A stretch of 64,000 bases of DNA from Haliotis cracherodii (taxonomy: Eukaryota). The number at the start of each line of letters is the position of its first letter. The first letter of the stretch is position 1. Positions 13,501 through 28,022 of the stretch are shown piece by piece. Location: assembly GCF_022045235.1 (NCBI RefSeq), contig NW_027266308.1, forward strand, positions 35,588,001 through 35,652,000, read 5' to 3'. Made by a program: the position numbers and the translations under genes. Under the pieces are notes generated by a model. The model ran no database searches. It was not told the DNA's origin and was given only the letters and a program-made list of their open reading frames with translations.

Positions 13501-14306
13501 TCAATTAACAATAACATATTACAAATTTAATTGTTTAACTAAAGGATCGTCGGAATAATATCATATAATAAATGGTATGCTCTAATGATACAAGTATTAG
13601 ATTGTCTAAATATTTCTAAACCAAAGGGTCAAATATAAAATATAACCTATATGACAATGATAAAAGGCGAAACGAAGATCCTTTCAAATACACGTCCATC
13701 CATCACTACATTATTGAATGAAACCGATTCAACTTAACATCATGTTAAAGTCTGATAAGTTGTCAATCGTAATGTTCTCCTCTTCATGGCTGAAAGGCAA
13801 CGTACACAAACTGTTGTTAATAGTAAAGTGTCTTTGTGGAGAGACATTTACATAGAGCAGGATGCCCTTTTACTGATTTACTTCCACAAATGTAAATTTC
13901 TGCTCATGCCAATTTACTTTCATGTTTGTACTATTGTGGAAATAGATTTTGTGTTACGATATCATTATGCGAGCTTACAGTGGGCCTGGGAGTTTTATAG
14001 ATGGATATATTTGAATTGTTTATATACAATACCTTACGTAGTGTGGATATAATTCTTAACTTTGGCAGTCTTTCCCATCGACGTACCGTCAACTTATTTA
14101 GTCTTTTTCCGGCATCCCAATGACGCCACCGCAGCCACAGGAAAGGACGAAGGCCAAATGGTACCGTGGATTTGGAAGATTAGTTGACCCTCCTTCAGTA
14201 ACTATTGGGGCTGCAGAAAGTAAGAACAAGGTTATACTATGTGTCGTTGAAGGAAATCAAACGACTCAATGTGAGTAAGGGCCCATAGTATTGACTAGAG
14301 AGTATA

Positions 14307-14491
14307 CAGTAAACTACGGTTATAACGAACTCAAAGAGACCACTAATTTTAGTTCGTAATAACCGTAGTTCGTTATAAGCATATATACAGCATATATACA
14401 GCATATATACATCAAATGGCCGGGACTAAAAATAAGTTCGCTATATCCGTCAATTCGTTATAAGCGTGTTCGTTATAAACGTAGTCTACTG
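14307..14491. mobile_element. Tc1/mariner-pogo-type MITE (CAGTA..TACTG termini, TA target duplication)
   Basis: TIR CAGTAAACTACGGTTATAACGAAC / GTTCGTTATAAACGTAGTCTACTG flanked by TA. Confidence 0.85.
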
Positions 14492-15105
14492 TAGTTTTGA
14501 TATTGCTTTGAAACATTTGGCCAAACCCGAAACAGACTCCACTAAATCACAAAAGATCGCATTTCCCTGAATTGGAAATTTGCAAACAAGGGAATTGATC
14601 TACACGTATCATTTTCACCGTTATTTTGCCTTTTACTTCCTATGGAATCTATTTTGGCAGATAATCGTCAGTTACTCAAATGTCTCCAAATATCAGCCTG
14701 CTACCACCCTGTAACTTTAATATTCCTATGGATCCTGTCAAAGAGGGTGCTAAAAATGGATCAAAGGAGAAGATGAACCGGACGGATGATTTTTCGGATT
14801 GTGTTAAGGCATTGTGGAGTGTGGTCATTGGAAGAATGCACAAACTGAAAAAGGAAACACAACAATTGAATAGAATAAACTCTTTCTATCCGTCATCCAA
14901 AGCCTGGCTGTCCAACATGAACAGTTTGCAGTAACTGTTGTCCCCCTGACAAAGCCTAAAATTAACATAACCATTATAATGTAAGCATCTATTGTTTGAC
15001 AAAAAAACAACCTTGGTACAAATGACATATCAAATAAATTGTTCAACAATCCCACTCGACAAACTTGCAAATTCTAATATACCCTGATTAGCTTTAGCTT
15101 TGGAC

Positions 15106-15310
15106 AAAAGGCGACTATGCTTGTCGCAAGAGGAGACTAAAGGGATCGGGTGGTCAGGCTCGCTGACTTGGTATGTCGTCGTATCCCAATTGCGTGGATC
15201 GATGCTCATGATATAAATCACTGGATTGTCTGGTCCAGACTCGATTATTTACAGACCGCCGTCACATAGCTGGAATATTGCTGAGTGCGGCGTTAAAAAA
15301 ACAAACAAAA
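15106..15310 (+). mobile_element. Family A SINE, 5'-truncated (3' fragments also at 11021-11122 and 15425-15500)
   Basis: Matches family A consensus. Confidence 0.85.
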
Positions 15311-16024
15311 AAACTTATGAATATGGAAAGGGTTCTGTCGCTTTTATATATCATGTGTGTATGGATGTATATTGCATGTAGCACATTCTGTGTAGAACTA
15401 AAGGTGTCACTGTTCTTCAAGACTTGAGTATTTACAGACCGCCTTTATAAAGCTTGAATATTGTTGAGTGCGTCGTTAAACAACAAACCAAACCAAAACA
15501 AAACATATCAGGCAACAGCAGCATTCGCCATTCAAAATCTTTTTCTTTTAGAATTCATTTCACGCCTAAAGTGGCATACCGGCACCGAAACATTGACATA
15601 TTCAATGTTTAAAGTAACTTTTAGAACAGAGCTGTACCTCAGTTTTATATATGATAAGACCTCAATTATTGGATCAAAGAACTTGGTATACGTAACACAT
15701 ACAATTTTTTTCACATATAAGGCAAGTATGTTCACTGGGGAAGAAATCTGCGAAATCACGCATCACTACTACAAACATTTGGACTCGAAAACCTGAAAAC
15801 ACATCCAATCCTTTTTGTGCTAGATTCCAGAGAGATGTTGCTGCGTCCACAAAATACACAAACAAAATTCTTGTCTCAAACATTAACTATAATCCTTCAC
15901 ACTATCACGAAAGGACTGTCTTTATATTCACAGAAGGTATATGAGACAAATGGAATTAACCGCCATTTCATATCTAATTTCAGGTTGAGGACAATTTGTC
16001 AAATATGAAAGCAAATGTGATCTG

Positions 16025-16420
16025 AAGTCTACTGAGAAAACAATATGTGAAATGGTGGACTTCCTCAAAGATTTCTTTGTGAAATTTGGGGACATAAAAT
16101 TTCGACACGAAGTACACAACTCCATGGGAACCAATGGTGCTGCCCTCCTTGCCGATCTTCCTCTTTATAAATCAGAATAGCAAAATCAATACCACAGCTT
16201 AAGCTTCAGGTATATCAATGACCGGATATCGTCCATTAAAGGTCAAGTAAACGTTTCCCTGATCATGAAATATGAGACCAGTGAAATCGCCGTATCTGTT
16301 TCATATTTAGATCAATGCGACAAAAATACTCACACGACTGTGCGACAAGAATGGTGCGTTCTATGTCCCTTTTATGTCAAGTAATATTACAAAATCGAGC
16401 ATGTTCTTTCTTCAAAAATA
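16025..16420 (+). pseudogene. Fossil Penelope-like element reverse transcriptase
   Basis: Reads KSTEKTICEMVDFLKDFFVKFGDIKFRHEVHNSMGTNGAALLADLPLY*, then FRYIND and VSYLD. These match the PLE RT motifs GIPMGTNCAPLLADLFLY, FRYIDD and SYLD. Contains stops and frameshifts. Confidence 0.75.
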
Positions 16421-19400
16421 TCAAAGTACGTCGGTGGGGCGTGATACGTTACCTTTTCGTAAATACCTGGTATCATCACTATTTGATAGTGATTCAATAA
16501 CACATGCTTGATATAGTCGTAATCGTAGAACCAACTCTGCTTTTAGCAGAGATTTCTCACTATTATGGAAAGGTCTTGTAACTATTATTAAAATATTATT
16601 AAAGATAATAGTCACATTATTTCATACCAGATGATAAAGAGGTGTGATAAATTATTAAATTTACGCTGAAGTTCAATATTGCAAAAGTGAGTGGAGTTAA
16701 TAAGTGCATGTTTATGTAAATTAAACACTAATCTTCTCCTATAAAACATACCTGTTACCAGTGTCCTTGCGCATGTATTGCAATTGAGACAAAGCATAGC
16801 TTGTCTGCTTTTGTTTTTTTGTCAAATTGGTATTTGTTTCTGTAGCAAAACCAATAATTTGCTGGAAGAAACATCAAAAGTACATAAATATGCAGGTACA
16901 GGTAAATATTTTTCTACAATTACCTAAATTAATAAATGAGTGAGACACATATTGTCACTGATTCTTCATTTGTTCCCCCAATCTTTCATATTGATTTTCG
17001 TTCTCATGTGTTGCATTCTGAATACATGTAGTTCATTTGATGCATGACCAACAGCTGATGAAAGTGATATGAAGCGTGAAATGTTCTACGCGGCCAATGT
17101 TTAATAATAAATGTAACTGAGGAACTTCACATGTAATGGTTTATTTGTCAGATATCCATCATATTATAATATGAAAATGTAAAATAGTCTGAAATTGTAA
17201 TCGAGTGTTTAGCATTTGCATGTGTTATTTCTTTTCCCGCCTAAATAGCCATACCAGTCACGCGTATATAACCATAAAAGGAATAGTTGTGGTACGTTCG
17301 TGACATAACAATGAGTAACATTGAAATGAGAGACAGTTAACTGATGGAGATTAACCAAGCCCCTAGTACATTTCAGAAAAGAAATACACGTATTTGTGTT
17401 CAAATGAAACAGGTCTTCATACTTATATAATACACATCCGTCACGTTTTACTCTTTATCATCCGTGGTTCTTACTTCAACAGACAAAGAATGCATCACAA
17501 TGGGAAGACTAACAGTATTGTGTAGAGACATTTGATGAATCCGGTGTCAACAAAAATGTTGTGGAACAATGGTGTATGAATGATAACACGAACGAATACC
17601 TGTCCACAATAGAAACTGTTTTCACTTTAATGTCAGCGTAGAAGACGAGGTCCATGTTTTGTTTCACTGCGTATTATGTGACGATATCAGGGCAACTCTT
17701 TTTAATGTATGTATTGCTAAATCTTATAAAGTTTTAGATAAACCTGATATCGACAAACTTTTCAGTGACTCCAGTGTTTGTTTTATACTTGCCAAAGTCT
17801 GCTTTTTAATTCTAAATCGTAGAAGGCATCTTATATATGGACAACGTTTTACTATATCATCTTTATATCATTTGTGTATAAATTTTATGATAATTTGTCA
17901 CTCATAATTCTTTTGAATGGTTCGGTACATTCTATCTATGTCAAGTTGTACAAAGCTGTTTTATGTATGTACAGAAGTGAGACATTAATAAACCATTGTC
18001 TGCCTGTCTGTGTCACCAGGAAGCCTATAATTAAAATTAACAACAAAGGCTGTCATATTTGGTGTGATGTTCGAAGTATGAATTATGTATTTACAATCAG
18101 CGGTAATATTCCATAAATTTATTATAAGGATATATTTTTGGGTGTTAAATATCATATAATTAGAAAAACAAATGAGTCTGTTACATGTCAAAGGAGCAAG
18201 GATTAAACGCAGTGCATTTGCCGTTACATGGAACCAGAATTTTGAACCTCCCAACCAATGTGGATGGCATTTCCAAATTTGACTTGAATCATATGTTCCT
18301 GTGATCTTACAGGTTAACAACTGATTTGCCTTTACATGTGTTTGTATAGGGTTCTACCAGTTGAACAAGATTTTTTTCGCGAACACCTGGTATCATGACT
18401 ATTTCATAATGACTCATAAACACATGCTTAACATATAGTCGGAATTGTAAACCAAACTATGCTTTTAGTAGTGTTTTCGTATGACCGTGGAATTTTTTTC
18501 TTTTGTCATTTTTATTTATTTATCGCCTTTGATCATATGATTTCTCCAGTCCTCTTGTAGTATCGTGAAATCTAGGGTTTTAGTTATTGTTCTAATTTAG
18601 AATGACTTAAGTTATTTTATTCATTAAGCCTCAAATTACGACGGAGCACATGCTCTGAGATGTTTTGTTTAAGAAAAGCACGTTAGGCTTTTGGTTTAAA
18701 TTGATGTTTCCAAAGCAAAAAGAAAATGGGTTTTCAGTTATTACATATAAAGGTTTATAAAGGACATTTGTTGACAGAGTACATTGTCTCCCGTGTTTTT
18801 TATGTAACAAACATATTTGGGATAGTTGTGGTTGGAATAACCTGTATATTCTCTAGGCAATGGTTGATGCTAAAGGATCCACCAAGATGTGGCCAATCTC
18901 CATGCTCTTATCATCAAAAGGTAGATATCATAGTTGCATCAAATCAAACTTTTGTTATAATAATATTTACTTCAGATTATCGTCCCTCGCTGTCCTGTTT
19001 TAAAATTCCATGCTTCGTATCATTCATTAACCACTGAAGTTAGGAGGTTGTTCAATAAACTTGTCAATGACAAAATGTCATTTACGCAACTCCTATCTTG
19101 GAGATCAAAATCTATGTTTGTTCCTGTGCCTTTTATTCAAACATGAGAGATTTCAATTTTTACACGGATATTGCTTCCAACGCCACAATATTATTATTAA
19201 CTTTTAACAGCGTTTTTGCCTCGTGTATTATATATTGTACTGTATCTGATGTACAGCTGTAAACGGGTTTCCGAATGTTTAATGTCTCTTATCATGCAAA
19301 TATACATTCAATTCAAAAATGTATGTTTTCATGATAAATATTTTGTTATGGAAATTTAAAACTGAGTATTCTTTGTGTGTATTATTCTATGCGCAGTTGA

Positions 19401-19800
19401 AATGTAAAGTACATAACATGGCAGTTAATAATATAATTTCGGAGAGAAACTAATCTGGACACTGTGTACATAAATATTGTTGAAAGCAAGGTTTTTGCAT
19501 GCATATAGCACGTTAACTTAATTGTGGCAATCTTCAATTATTTTGTTGTACATATATAATTATTTTCGATAAATGAATAAATACATATGTATTTCTGTTT
19601 AAAAAAAACAAATACTGCATTTTTTTGGAACCAATACATACATCTTATGGTACATGTGCCCAGATAAACACAAGAACAACGTAAAGAAATATTTTCACAC
19701 ATTTTGGCCTCTATGAAATTACCCACAGAATATATTTGACACTATATAAACATAGTTAGCTTACCATAAACTTCAGATTGCCAATTATGAATTCGGTTAA

Positions 19801-20025
19801 GTAGTACAACCCATCCATTATATTACGTCACGAAGGTGAATTAATTTTACTGCCTGTAACAACATTTGTGTAATGACCTGTCTCCGCGTGAGCCCCGCTG
19901 AGAATGTGTAGACAGGGTGATTGGGCAGTCATTGATGAGAGACCACTGTAAACATCACACGGCGTCTGTCAAAAGATGGCGATATGCCTAAGAAACCAAC
20001 CGTGACTAATAGGAAGCACATGTTT
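19801..20025 (+). promoter_or_regulatory. Paralog 3 upstream conserved blocks (TTACGTCA 19823, TGTGTAGACA, ATTGG 19920, CCGTGACTAAT)
   Basis: Colinear blocks shared with 26776-26990. Confidence 0.55.
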
Positions 20026-20202
20026 CCAGCTCAAATTTAAATTACATATTTAAACCGGCTTAGCTCCATAAACAGGTAGCACACCAGAGAAACAGACTAA
20101 TCAAGGGTTGATGGACCGGGCACATATGACAACTCAACAACTCAGTTCATTCAGAGCAAGTGTGCCTTCGAGCAAAGAAGTATATTGTAGATCTGCTTCA
20201 CC

Positions 20203-20554
20203 ATGTTACATCCAGCTGCTACAGTGTCTCCGCAACTAAAACAGCCGCTGTACATCGACACGGACATTAACTACAGTTTGGATATGTCCAAGTTCCCTGG
20301 TCTGGACGACCCTTCCCACCTTCAGCAGCCAGCATTGTTGATCGCCACAACGGACACACTTTCAAACTATTTCTATCATTGTGCACATGCCATTACGCCT
20401 AGTGAAGTTACAGATGCTGACAATGCCATGTCTACCTGTTGTGTGCAGTATCCTAAGCACGTGGATGCACCTTCCAAGTTTCCCGATAACAACATTAGCA
20501 ATCATTCTGATGCATCTTGTGGACATATCTTGGAGGATATTCTTAATGTGATAG
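20203..20554 (+). CDS. Paralog 3, exon 1 (MLHPAATVSPQLKQPLYIDTDINYSLDMSKFPGLDDP...LEDILNVI)
   Basis: Motif in ORF 20203..20577. Kozak-like CACCATG. Donor ATAG|GTAAAT at 20554/20555. Confidence 0.88.
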
Positions 20555-20824
20555 GTAAATATTTCGTTTATTGTTGACTACTGATGACTCCTTAATTATC
20601 AATTTCTGATGCTGCTGTTGATAACTAAGACAAAATTGTTATGGATGAGCAACTTCTTTATTACAATTGGGCGACGTTTCGGTGTAAATAAGTTGATAAG
20701 TTTGATCAGCATAAAAAATAACTAACGAAGTCAGTAACAATGGATAAAAAACGTTTATAATGTCGATTTTCTTGCCGGTATGTGCTTTACATTATCACTA
20801 AATCGAATTATTCCCTTTCTTCAG

Positions 20825-21282
20825 ATACCTGCGCGGACGGATTACTTGAACGATTAATGAAGATTCCAGAGAGTACAATCTCAAACAATACGATAGTACC
20901 AAACAGGAATACACCTCATCAGTGTCACTCTGATCTGTCACACCCACCTCTGTTATCAAGGAACTACCAGCAGAATGGACAAATACATTACAGATTCTTC
21001 CATGGTGCGAGACACGTCCAGAACAACACACCTTCATGTCCTACAGGTGATACTGGATTACGTCGGATTTCTGACTGTGTGCGTAATCTGCAGTCCTTGT
21101 CAGCTGTCAAAGATAGTGTATCTTACAAGAGGAAGCGAACACATGACGGGCTTGAATCTGACATACAAAAGCGACAATGTAAAGGACTCGATACTTTCGA
21201 TATTGGTCGTTACTATGGTTACCATGGATCGTATCTTGGATATCAGCAAGTGCCACCGTTTACAAGACGCGTTGTGACGTAA
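20825..21282 (+). CDS. Paralog 3, exon 2 (DTCADGLLERLM...VRNLQSLSAVK...KRKRTHDGLESDIQKRQCK...); spliced protein about 269 aa
   Basis: Acceptor CCCTTTCTTCAG|. In frame with ORF 20782..21282. Alignable to paralog 4 exon 2. Confidence 0.87.
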
Positions 21283-21857
21283 AGGCCTTATCTTACAATT
21301 TTATATGTAATTTATATCATCATATTTATATGAGAAATAATCTTTTTAAAGGTGCTATGAACAATCCCGGATGCCAAATGTATTTTACCGTATTGTTTTT
21401 TTCTGCACCAATTCACTATATGAAGAGGTAACAGTATGTTCATACAGATATGTTATGGATCATTCAACATTACATGAATATATACATATAAAGTATATTT
21501 TACTTATTTGCTTGGTAACAGGATGACTTACATTTCTATTTTCATGGATGTACGGGTTCCATCCTCCGAAACAAGAAAATGGTTTTGTCAAAGTACGAAC
21601 AATAAAAATCAACTGAAGAACGGATATCATATGTTTTTAGTTTCTTTTGAAATAACCTTAGTTGTGTGTGGGTAGTTTTTATTTTATTTTACGTATTAAT
21701 GTCCATGTCATACCTATATATCAGCAACAGTGGAGTGATGAACCACTAAGGTCATGTCATCGATCCCAATTGCGCGGATGGATGCTCATGATGTCAATCA
21801 CTGGATTGTCTGTTCCAGACTCGATTATTTACAGACCGCCGTCATATAGCTGGAATA

Positions 21858-22009
21858 NNNNNNNNNNNNNNNNNNNNNNNNNNNNNNNNNNNNNNNNNNN
21901 NNNNNNNNNNNNNNNNNNNNNNNNNNNNNNNNNNNNNNNNNNNNNNNNNNNNNNNNNNNNNNNNNNNNNNNNNNNNNNNNNNNNNNNNNNNNNNNNNNNN
22001 NNNNNNNNN
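21858..22009. other. Assembly gap (N run), preceded by a family A SINE fragment
   Basis: N bases. Confidence 0.99.
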
Positions 22010-23965
22010 GTTACCATGCTTTAACAAATATCCCAAAAAATGTTTTGCTACTTCCTTATGTATTATGTTAACTTGGACAGCTGTTGAAATGCAAACCAAT
22101 CAAGATGTATTCCATCATATATCAGGAAAGACCAAATCTGCAATACCACCTATGATAACAGGAAGCTCTCATCTTTGTCAGCGAGATTCCCACGTCTCTG
22201 TAGAGAATGCTTTACAATACGTGATGCAATGTTTACCAGTACGATTAAATATCTTCAAATCAAGGGCTTAGGAAGTCGGTAATTATCAACTCCTGTCAAA
22301 TCAGTTATCAGGTAATCTGCCAAACAGTGACATAAACTTGAAATACACCCAGGGGCTGAATACAATTAGATGGTGGGATTGGTCTATGTAGCAGTGCATA
22401 TTCCCTGTGTTAACAATGCCACTTATCGGACGACCTCCGCGAGAACCCCCATCAGGCAGCTCCCCGCGAGAAATTATTAGAAGTAGAAAGGTTGTGGTAA
22501 GATATTGCATAACGGGTTCATACAAAGATCATATACTTATGTAAAGAATTTACCGACATATTTACTTAGTAACTATGTGCTGACAAAGTGTGTTTATTAC
22601 TTGGATAAGAAGGTATATCAGTGGGGCTTTGTGATAAGTGCAGTTATATCAGGGATTATATATGAGGACGGTACTTTGACATTTTAATTTCCATCGCAAC
22701 ACACTATATCTCATTGTCGGTAGTTTTAAATGCAATCAAAGGACGAGGGACTTATTTGTCCCACTGGAAACGTCAAATATAAAGTTACAAGAAACTATAT
22801 TTCTTGTTACAAACAATATGTAACATGTTCAGAGTAACAGAGGTATGAGCATATTGGTTTGAATAAAGTGGGTGCAAAATCTTCATTTCGAACTTAAAGA
22901 ACAGATAACATAACTATTAATATGTCTCTGCTCCAAGATGATTTTGTTAAACATGTAGTGTTCTGTCTTCAACACCATCCAAAGAAAATCAACCTGCTCA
23001 TGTCGAAATGTTAAAAGGATCGTTCACAGAGAACATTTAAAATCAACAGTTTAGACTGACATGTATTTAGGGTTACTTATCTCAAACATGCACGAAAATG
23101 TTGCAGTGAACAAAGTGTAATTTACATGCATATGAACACATTTGATAACATTCGTAAGACGATTTGCTCATTTAAAAACATGCCCTTTTCATGCCTCGTT
23201 ATTTGATGTCATTTGTCTAAAGCTTGGAGCCAGGACGGCCACAACAATATACTCATGGGAAGGTCTTTCTCCATCAAGACGGACCGCCCTTCTATTGACC
23301 CACTAGTTTATCATTTTACCTTTGAAGGAAGGCAGGAAAGTTGCATGAAAGAAGAAATTATTGGAATAACTTCATCAATGCTGAAATGAACATTCTCAGA
23401 CAGCAAATGATTTTAAAAATATAATACTTTGGCACCAATTCACTACACGAAAATGAAACACATGTCGAAGAATATCGCTCATGAATGTATTTCAATCTGA
23501 TGATGTCATCATAGACATTCATTATTCAACAACCATGCATGAGGCCACACAAAAGACTTACCAGCGGTACACTTAATGCTGTTTGATTGGCATTCTAGTT
23601 CTAGCTTGATCTACATAGAACCGTCGCTATATGCAATAAACCAGAAGTTGTTATCCATAAAGCTGTACGTTTTCTTATTCACTTAATACAAGTACAATAA
23701 GTTTACTTTGTGCAGATTGTTTCCTTACGAGCATACACCGAAACACACAAAACACGCGTAATATTTAACGAAAACACGTCATAAACAAAAACTGAACTGT
23801 TGTGAGCATTGACATAAAACGATTGGCATTACGCTGTATTGTCGGACCACAAATACAATATGGAATACACCTCCCTTTACAAATTCTCCTCCACACTGCT
23901 GAGAAATTTTGTATCTCTGTGTGCGCTGGTTCATATTTGTATTAAATATGTTACTGAGTCCGTTT

Positions 23966-23968
<3 letters not shown>

Positions 23969-24030
<62 letters not shown>
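23969..24030. repeat. (CT)n microsatellite
   Basis: Read directly. Confidence 0.98.
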
Positions 24031-24032
<2 letters not shown>

Positions 24033-25113
24033 GCACACATTTGTGTGTTATAAAAAAATATATGTACCATATTCACCAGGATAAAGGGCGGTTCCTCTTG
24101 ATTACGTGTAAATCGTATTTTTCATGGGGGAGTGAGTCCTGGACTTCCTCATTGATACCATCTATATGAAAGGGATGAGACATTTAGACCAGAGGTAGGC
24201 ATCCCCAGGGCACCAATAATGCTTCACTTTTTGTTGATGATGATGTTGGGGATTTAACGAGCGCTTCCGGAAGACCCGTACTCATACTTAAGGTCTTGCT
24301 GGTTTTAATGGTAGACATGTGGAGGAGGTTTCCAAATTTGACGCGTTAGTGATAAAAATTATGTACGTTGCAATTCCCTGTTTTGACATGTACCATGTGT
24401 CCCCGTGATTTTTCATGAGTACAATTGACTTGTCTTTGCATGTGTTTGTGACGGGAGCACTCGGTGAGGCAGGAAATGCTCACCTTTTCACGAATACCTG
24501 CTATCATTAAACTTTGATAGTGATAGTGATTCATTACAAATATAGTCGAAATTTGTACAATAATTTCTTATGATTTGGAAACGGTCCCTTTTTGTCCAGT
24601 TCTAACAATAACACGACGGAAGACAGCAATAGGCTTCATACATTGTGAGAAATCGAACCCGGGTCTTCGGTGACAGGAGTGTTAGCTTTTATATAAAGAC
24701 TTCCCTGTCGCCTCTTGGGATTGTCAGGATGATTTGACTTACATTTGTACCTTTTGAAGAGGCATTTAGAAGTTAAGTACTAAGTATGGGATAAGATATA
24801 TGTTTGAACAACTTCTTTATAATGATTAGAGAGCGATGTCTCGGTGAAGGTCACTTGCTTGATAACTGTGTTAGAACCTACATCCAAATGTTGTTCCTAA
24901 TTGCAGTAAAAACGTTGTCATCCCTATATCTTATCCTTACTTAGGATGAACTGAGATTTATTAAATTTTGCTTCCTATACACGATAAAGATTAACACCCT
25001 GAAGTATTTTTCTGGTGTTGATAAGATGTATGGAATGCAGCAGAGGTTTCAAACATGGGCTGGACACCATGTATATGCGTTCAATTGGTCGAAGTTTGCA
25101 GGCTTCTTACAAG

Positions 25114-25275
25114 AAGTGAGTGAGTGTCGTTTTATGCCGCCTTTACAAATATTCCAGCACTATGAAGGCGGTGAAACCAGAAATGGGCCTCACGCATTGT
25201 ACCGATGTGCGGAATTGAACCCGGGTCTTCGGCGTGACGAGTGAACGCTTTAAGCACAAGACTCCCTCGTCGACC
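25114..25275 (-). mobile_element. Family B tRNA-SINE (degenerate copy also at about 24600-24714)
   Basis: Matches family B. Confidence 0.82.
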
Positions 25276-26775
25276 CTTTCCTACAAGAGGTAGCAGTGCG
25301 ACAGAAAAGTATGACAATCCAATGCTAAATATCTGCATGCGAGAGGGTATCAAATCAAAAACTAGTGGTTGATCCTTTTCAGTTTGTCTTCCCTTCATCA
25401 ACACACTAAGCGCACTGAAGAAAATATTTTTATTTATTGTATTTTAAAATGATCATGATAATGTTACATATGATGTGTGACACACAAAAAAAATCTTCTT
25501 CGGTATATATTTTCGACAAAACAATGACATACAATGACAACAATGACAGTGATGTATATATATAATGTCACATCCTTAAACATATGTTCCATCATGCAGT
25601 GCTACATCATAAACTCATAAATTAATTTGTTTTATGTATGGCGGGCAGATGTTTGTTGGTATGTTTTGCAATTATGATTAGTAAAATATATTACAGTGGC
25701 AACATTCTACGTTTAATATTGGAATATATATACAAATGAAAGGACACTTACAATGTAAATTGTATCAAATACATTATAGAACAAAAACATATATACCACC
25801 TTTTTTAAGTCCAAATGAAGTGATGATATCAACAGCGTTGTCAAATGATTCTCATTTCACTAACTTCCAGCTCTTGTATCCAGTTTGCTTAGGCAACGAT
25901 CAGAATATTACAATAGATAAATCTCATTTGAATTTCACTGGACCTAAACCGTCTGTATTAACTATATTAATGATCACCTTTTTCATAATTCAAACATGCC
26001 CACATAAACATTACTACAATAATATTTTTCTTTTCGATGTACTCCAGTGGACATATGCATTGGACAATGTAATGTAATTTTCTATTGATATCTTCTTATA
26101 TATTTGTGCGAATTTATTACATGAAGGTCCATGGTAGCATGAAACGAATTGTGTGTAGACACGTGACAGTAGTTATCGAAGTATAACGGGCCGTGGTGAT
26201 ACAAAATAGTTTATGGAGGTTTGCCCGTTACCTTCCATCGTGTCAGTTCTTGTTCTAGTGGCTCACTGAACAAACGTTTCTAAGAATCAATACGAAACAT
26301 GTGCTAGTGTTTTATTGTAAGCAGTAAATCAATAATGTTGAGTATTGGGAAAGCGGGAAATCGTTTAAGCTTGGCTCCGTCTCGACATTTCACAAGTTGT
26401 CGGAGCGTTCATCAAACTGGGATCCAGCGTCCGAAGTTTAAGATAGGGTCTTCCATTATACCATTATAGAAAAGAGTTTGAGACGAAAAGATCGATCATT
26501 CCTTTATGCGTTGATAAAACTGCACGTCTTCATTCATACATATTCAAAACAATCTACATCTAAATGTACTTCCTCATATACATAAAACGATTTAGTGCTG
26601 CACTTCACATTATCCTATCGAGATGAAAGTACACTTGATGCATTTGGTATGACTAATAAATACATAATATCATGTTACGAATACATTATTGGGATAATTT
26701 ACAAGCGTACATTGTTCAGACAAGAAGGGAATATTGCTCAAAATAACAACACGGATCCATTTATTGCCCCTTGAA

Positions 26776-27135
26776 GTAGTATACACCACCCATTAAATTA
26801 CATCACGGATTACAGTTCTTGCCCATCGAACAAAAACATTTGCATAATGTCCCTTAGTGTGCCGCGGGGAGGAGTTGTGTAGACATGGCGATTAAACTGA
26901 TGAGGGTTAAGTGCAGGTGAATGAAGGGGGCTTGTCCACCGCTGTCTATCTACACTCAATCCATCCGTGACTAATCCCCGCCACATGTTACAATTCAGCC
27001 GTAAATAGCAGCATTAGCGTGCACCTAACTGACGTAATTTGTTATCATAACTCACTCCAGCCCGCTACTCAATGAGACATCTGTTCTGATTGGCTTAGCC
27101 CTGATGGTGAAGTTACAGGCGTGTAACCTGATTGG
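26776..27135 (+). promoter_or_regulatory. Paralog 4 upstream conserved blocks, plus TGACGTAA (27030) and ATTGG at 27089 and 27131
   Basis: Colinear blocks shared with 19801-20025. Confidence 0.55.
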
Positions 27136-27200
27136 TCAAGCGAAGATGATGTACAGCTGAAACATGTTATGATATCATTGTCCATTCCACATCCACAAGC

Positions 27201-27594
27201 ATGAGGAGATATACTGAAATGGAGGTTGGTGTTCCTGTGCCCCTGCGACTGCAACAACCACTGTTCATCGAAACCGACATCACCTACAATCTGGATATGA
27301 CAAAGTTTCCAGGTCTGGATGACCCACAACAAATGTACGAGCCGGCTCTTCTAATTGCATCCCAAGAGAACCCATGGAGTTGTCCAGACTACAGTGGAAC
27401 CCTACCGACGGCAAGCAACACCAGATATAGTTCCCAGCCTTGCAGAAACAACCCTCTAACACAAACCCAATGCAGATTTGTGCCAATGAATAATGTTCCA
27501 AGCATCCTGAACAATACCTCAAGGGACAAGATGTTTCATGCGACAGAAGAATCTTCACCACAAAATCTCCTAGAAGACGTACTTTACATGATAG
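27201..27594 (+). CDS. Paralog 4, exon 1 (MRRYTEMEVGVPVPLRLQQPLFIETDITYNLDMTKFPGLDDP...LEDVLYMI); alternative start at 27219
   Basis: Motif in ORF 27201..27626. Donor ATAG|GTAACA at 27594/27595. Confidence 0.88.
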
Positions 27595-28022
27595 GTAACA
27601 TGGCTCATATTTTAAGCTCACTTTAACTCTTTTATAGAAATATATCGATAAAAAGCGTCCTCTGTTGAAGTAGTGACCATTGAATCTGTGACATGTGTTC
27701 TATTTTCATTACTTAACATAATATACACCTTAATATCCGCTCATAAGAATTCATTCCATAGGACTCCGCTGCAGTAGACTCTTCATAGAATATATTTAGT
27801 TAATGCTAATTCTCAGTTAAAGTAAAAAACTGTATCCATATTCAAACGAAATCTTTAAGAGCAGTTTCCATTGTAGGCTTTCGACTAAATGAGCTAGTGT
27901 TTAAACCATTGTGAAACCCCCAGCTTATGAAAGCTACTGAAGGTGTGGTGTGAATTTTTTTTAAATTGTGATATATTCAAATAGTTATATTATTTCTTTT
28001 AATGAAATTGTTTATATTACAG

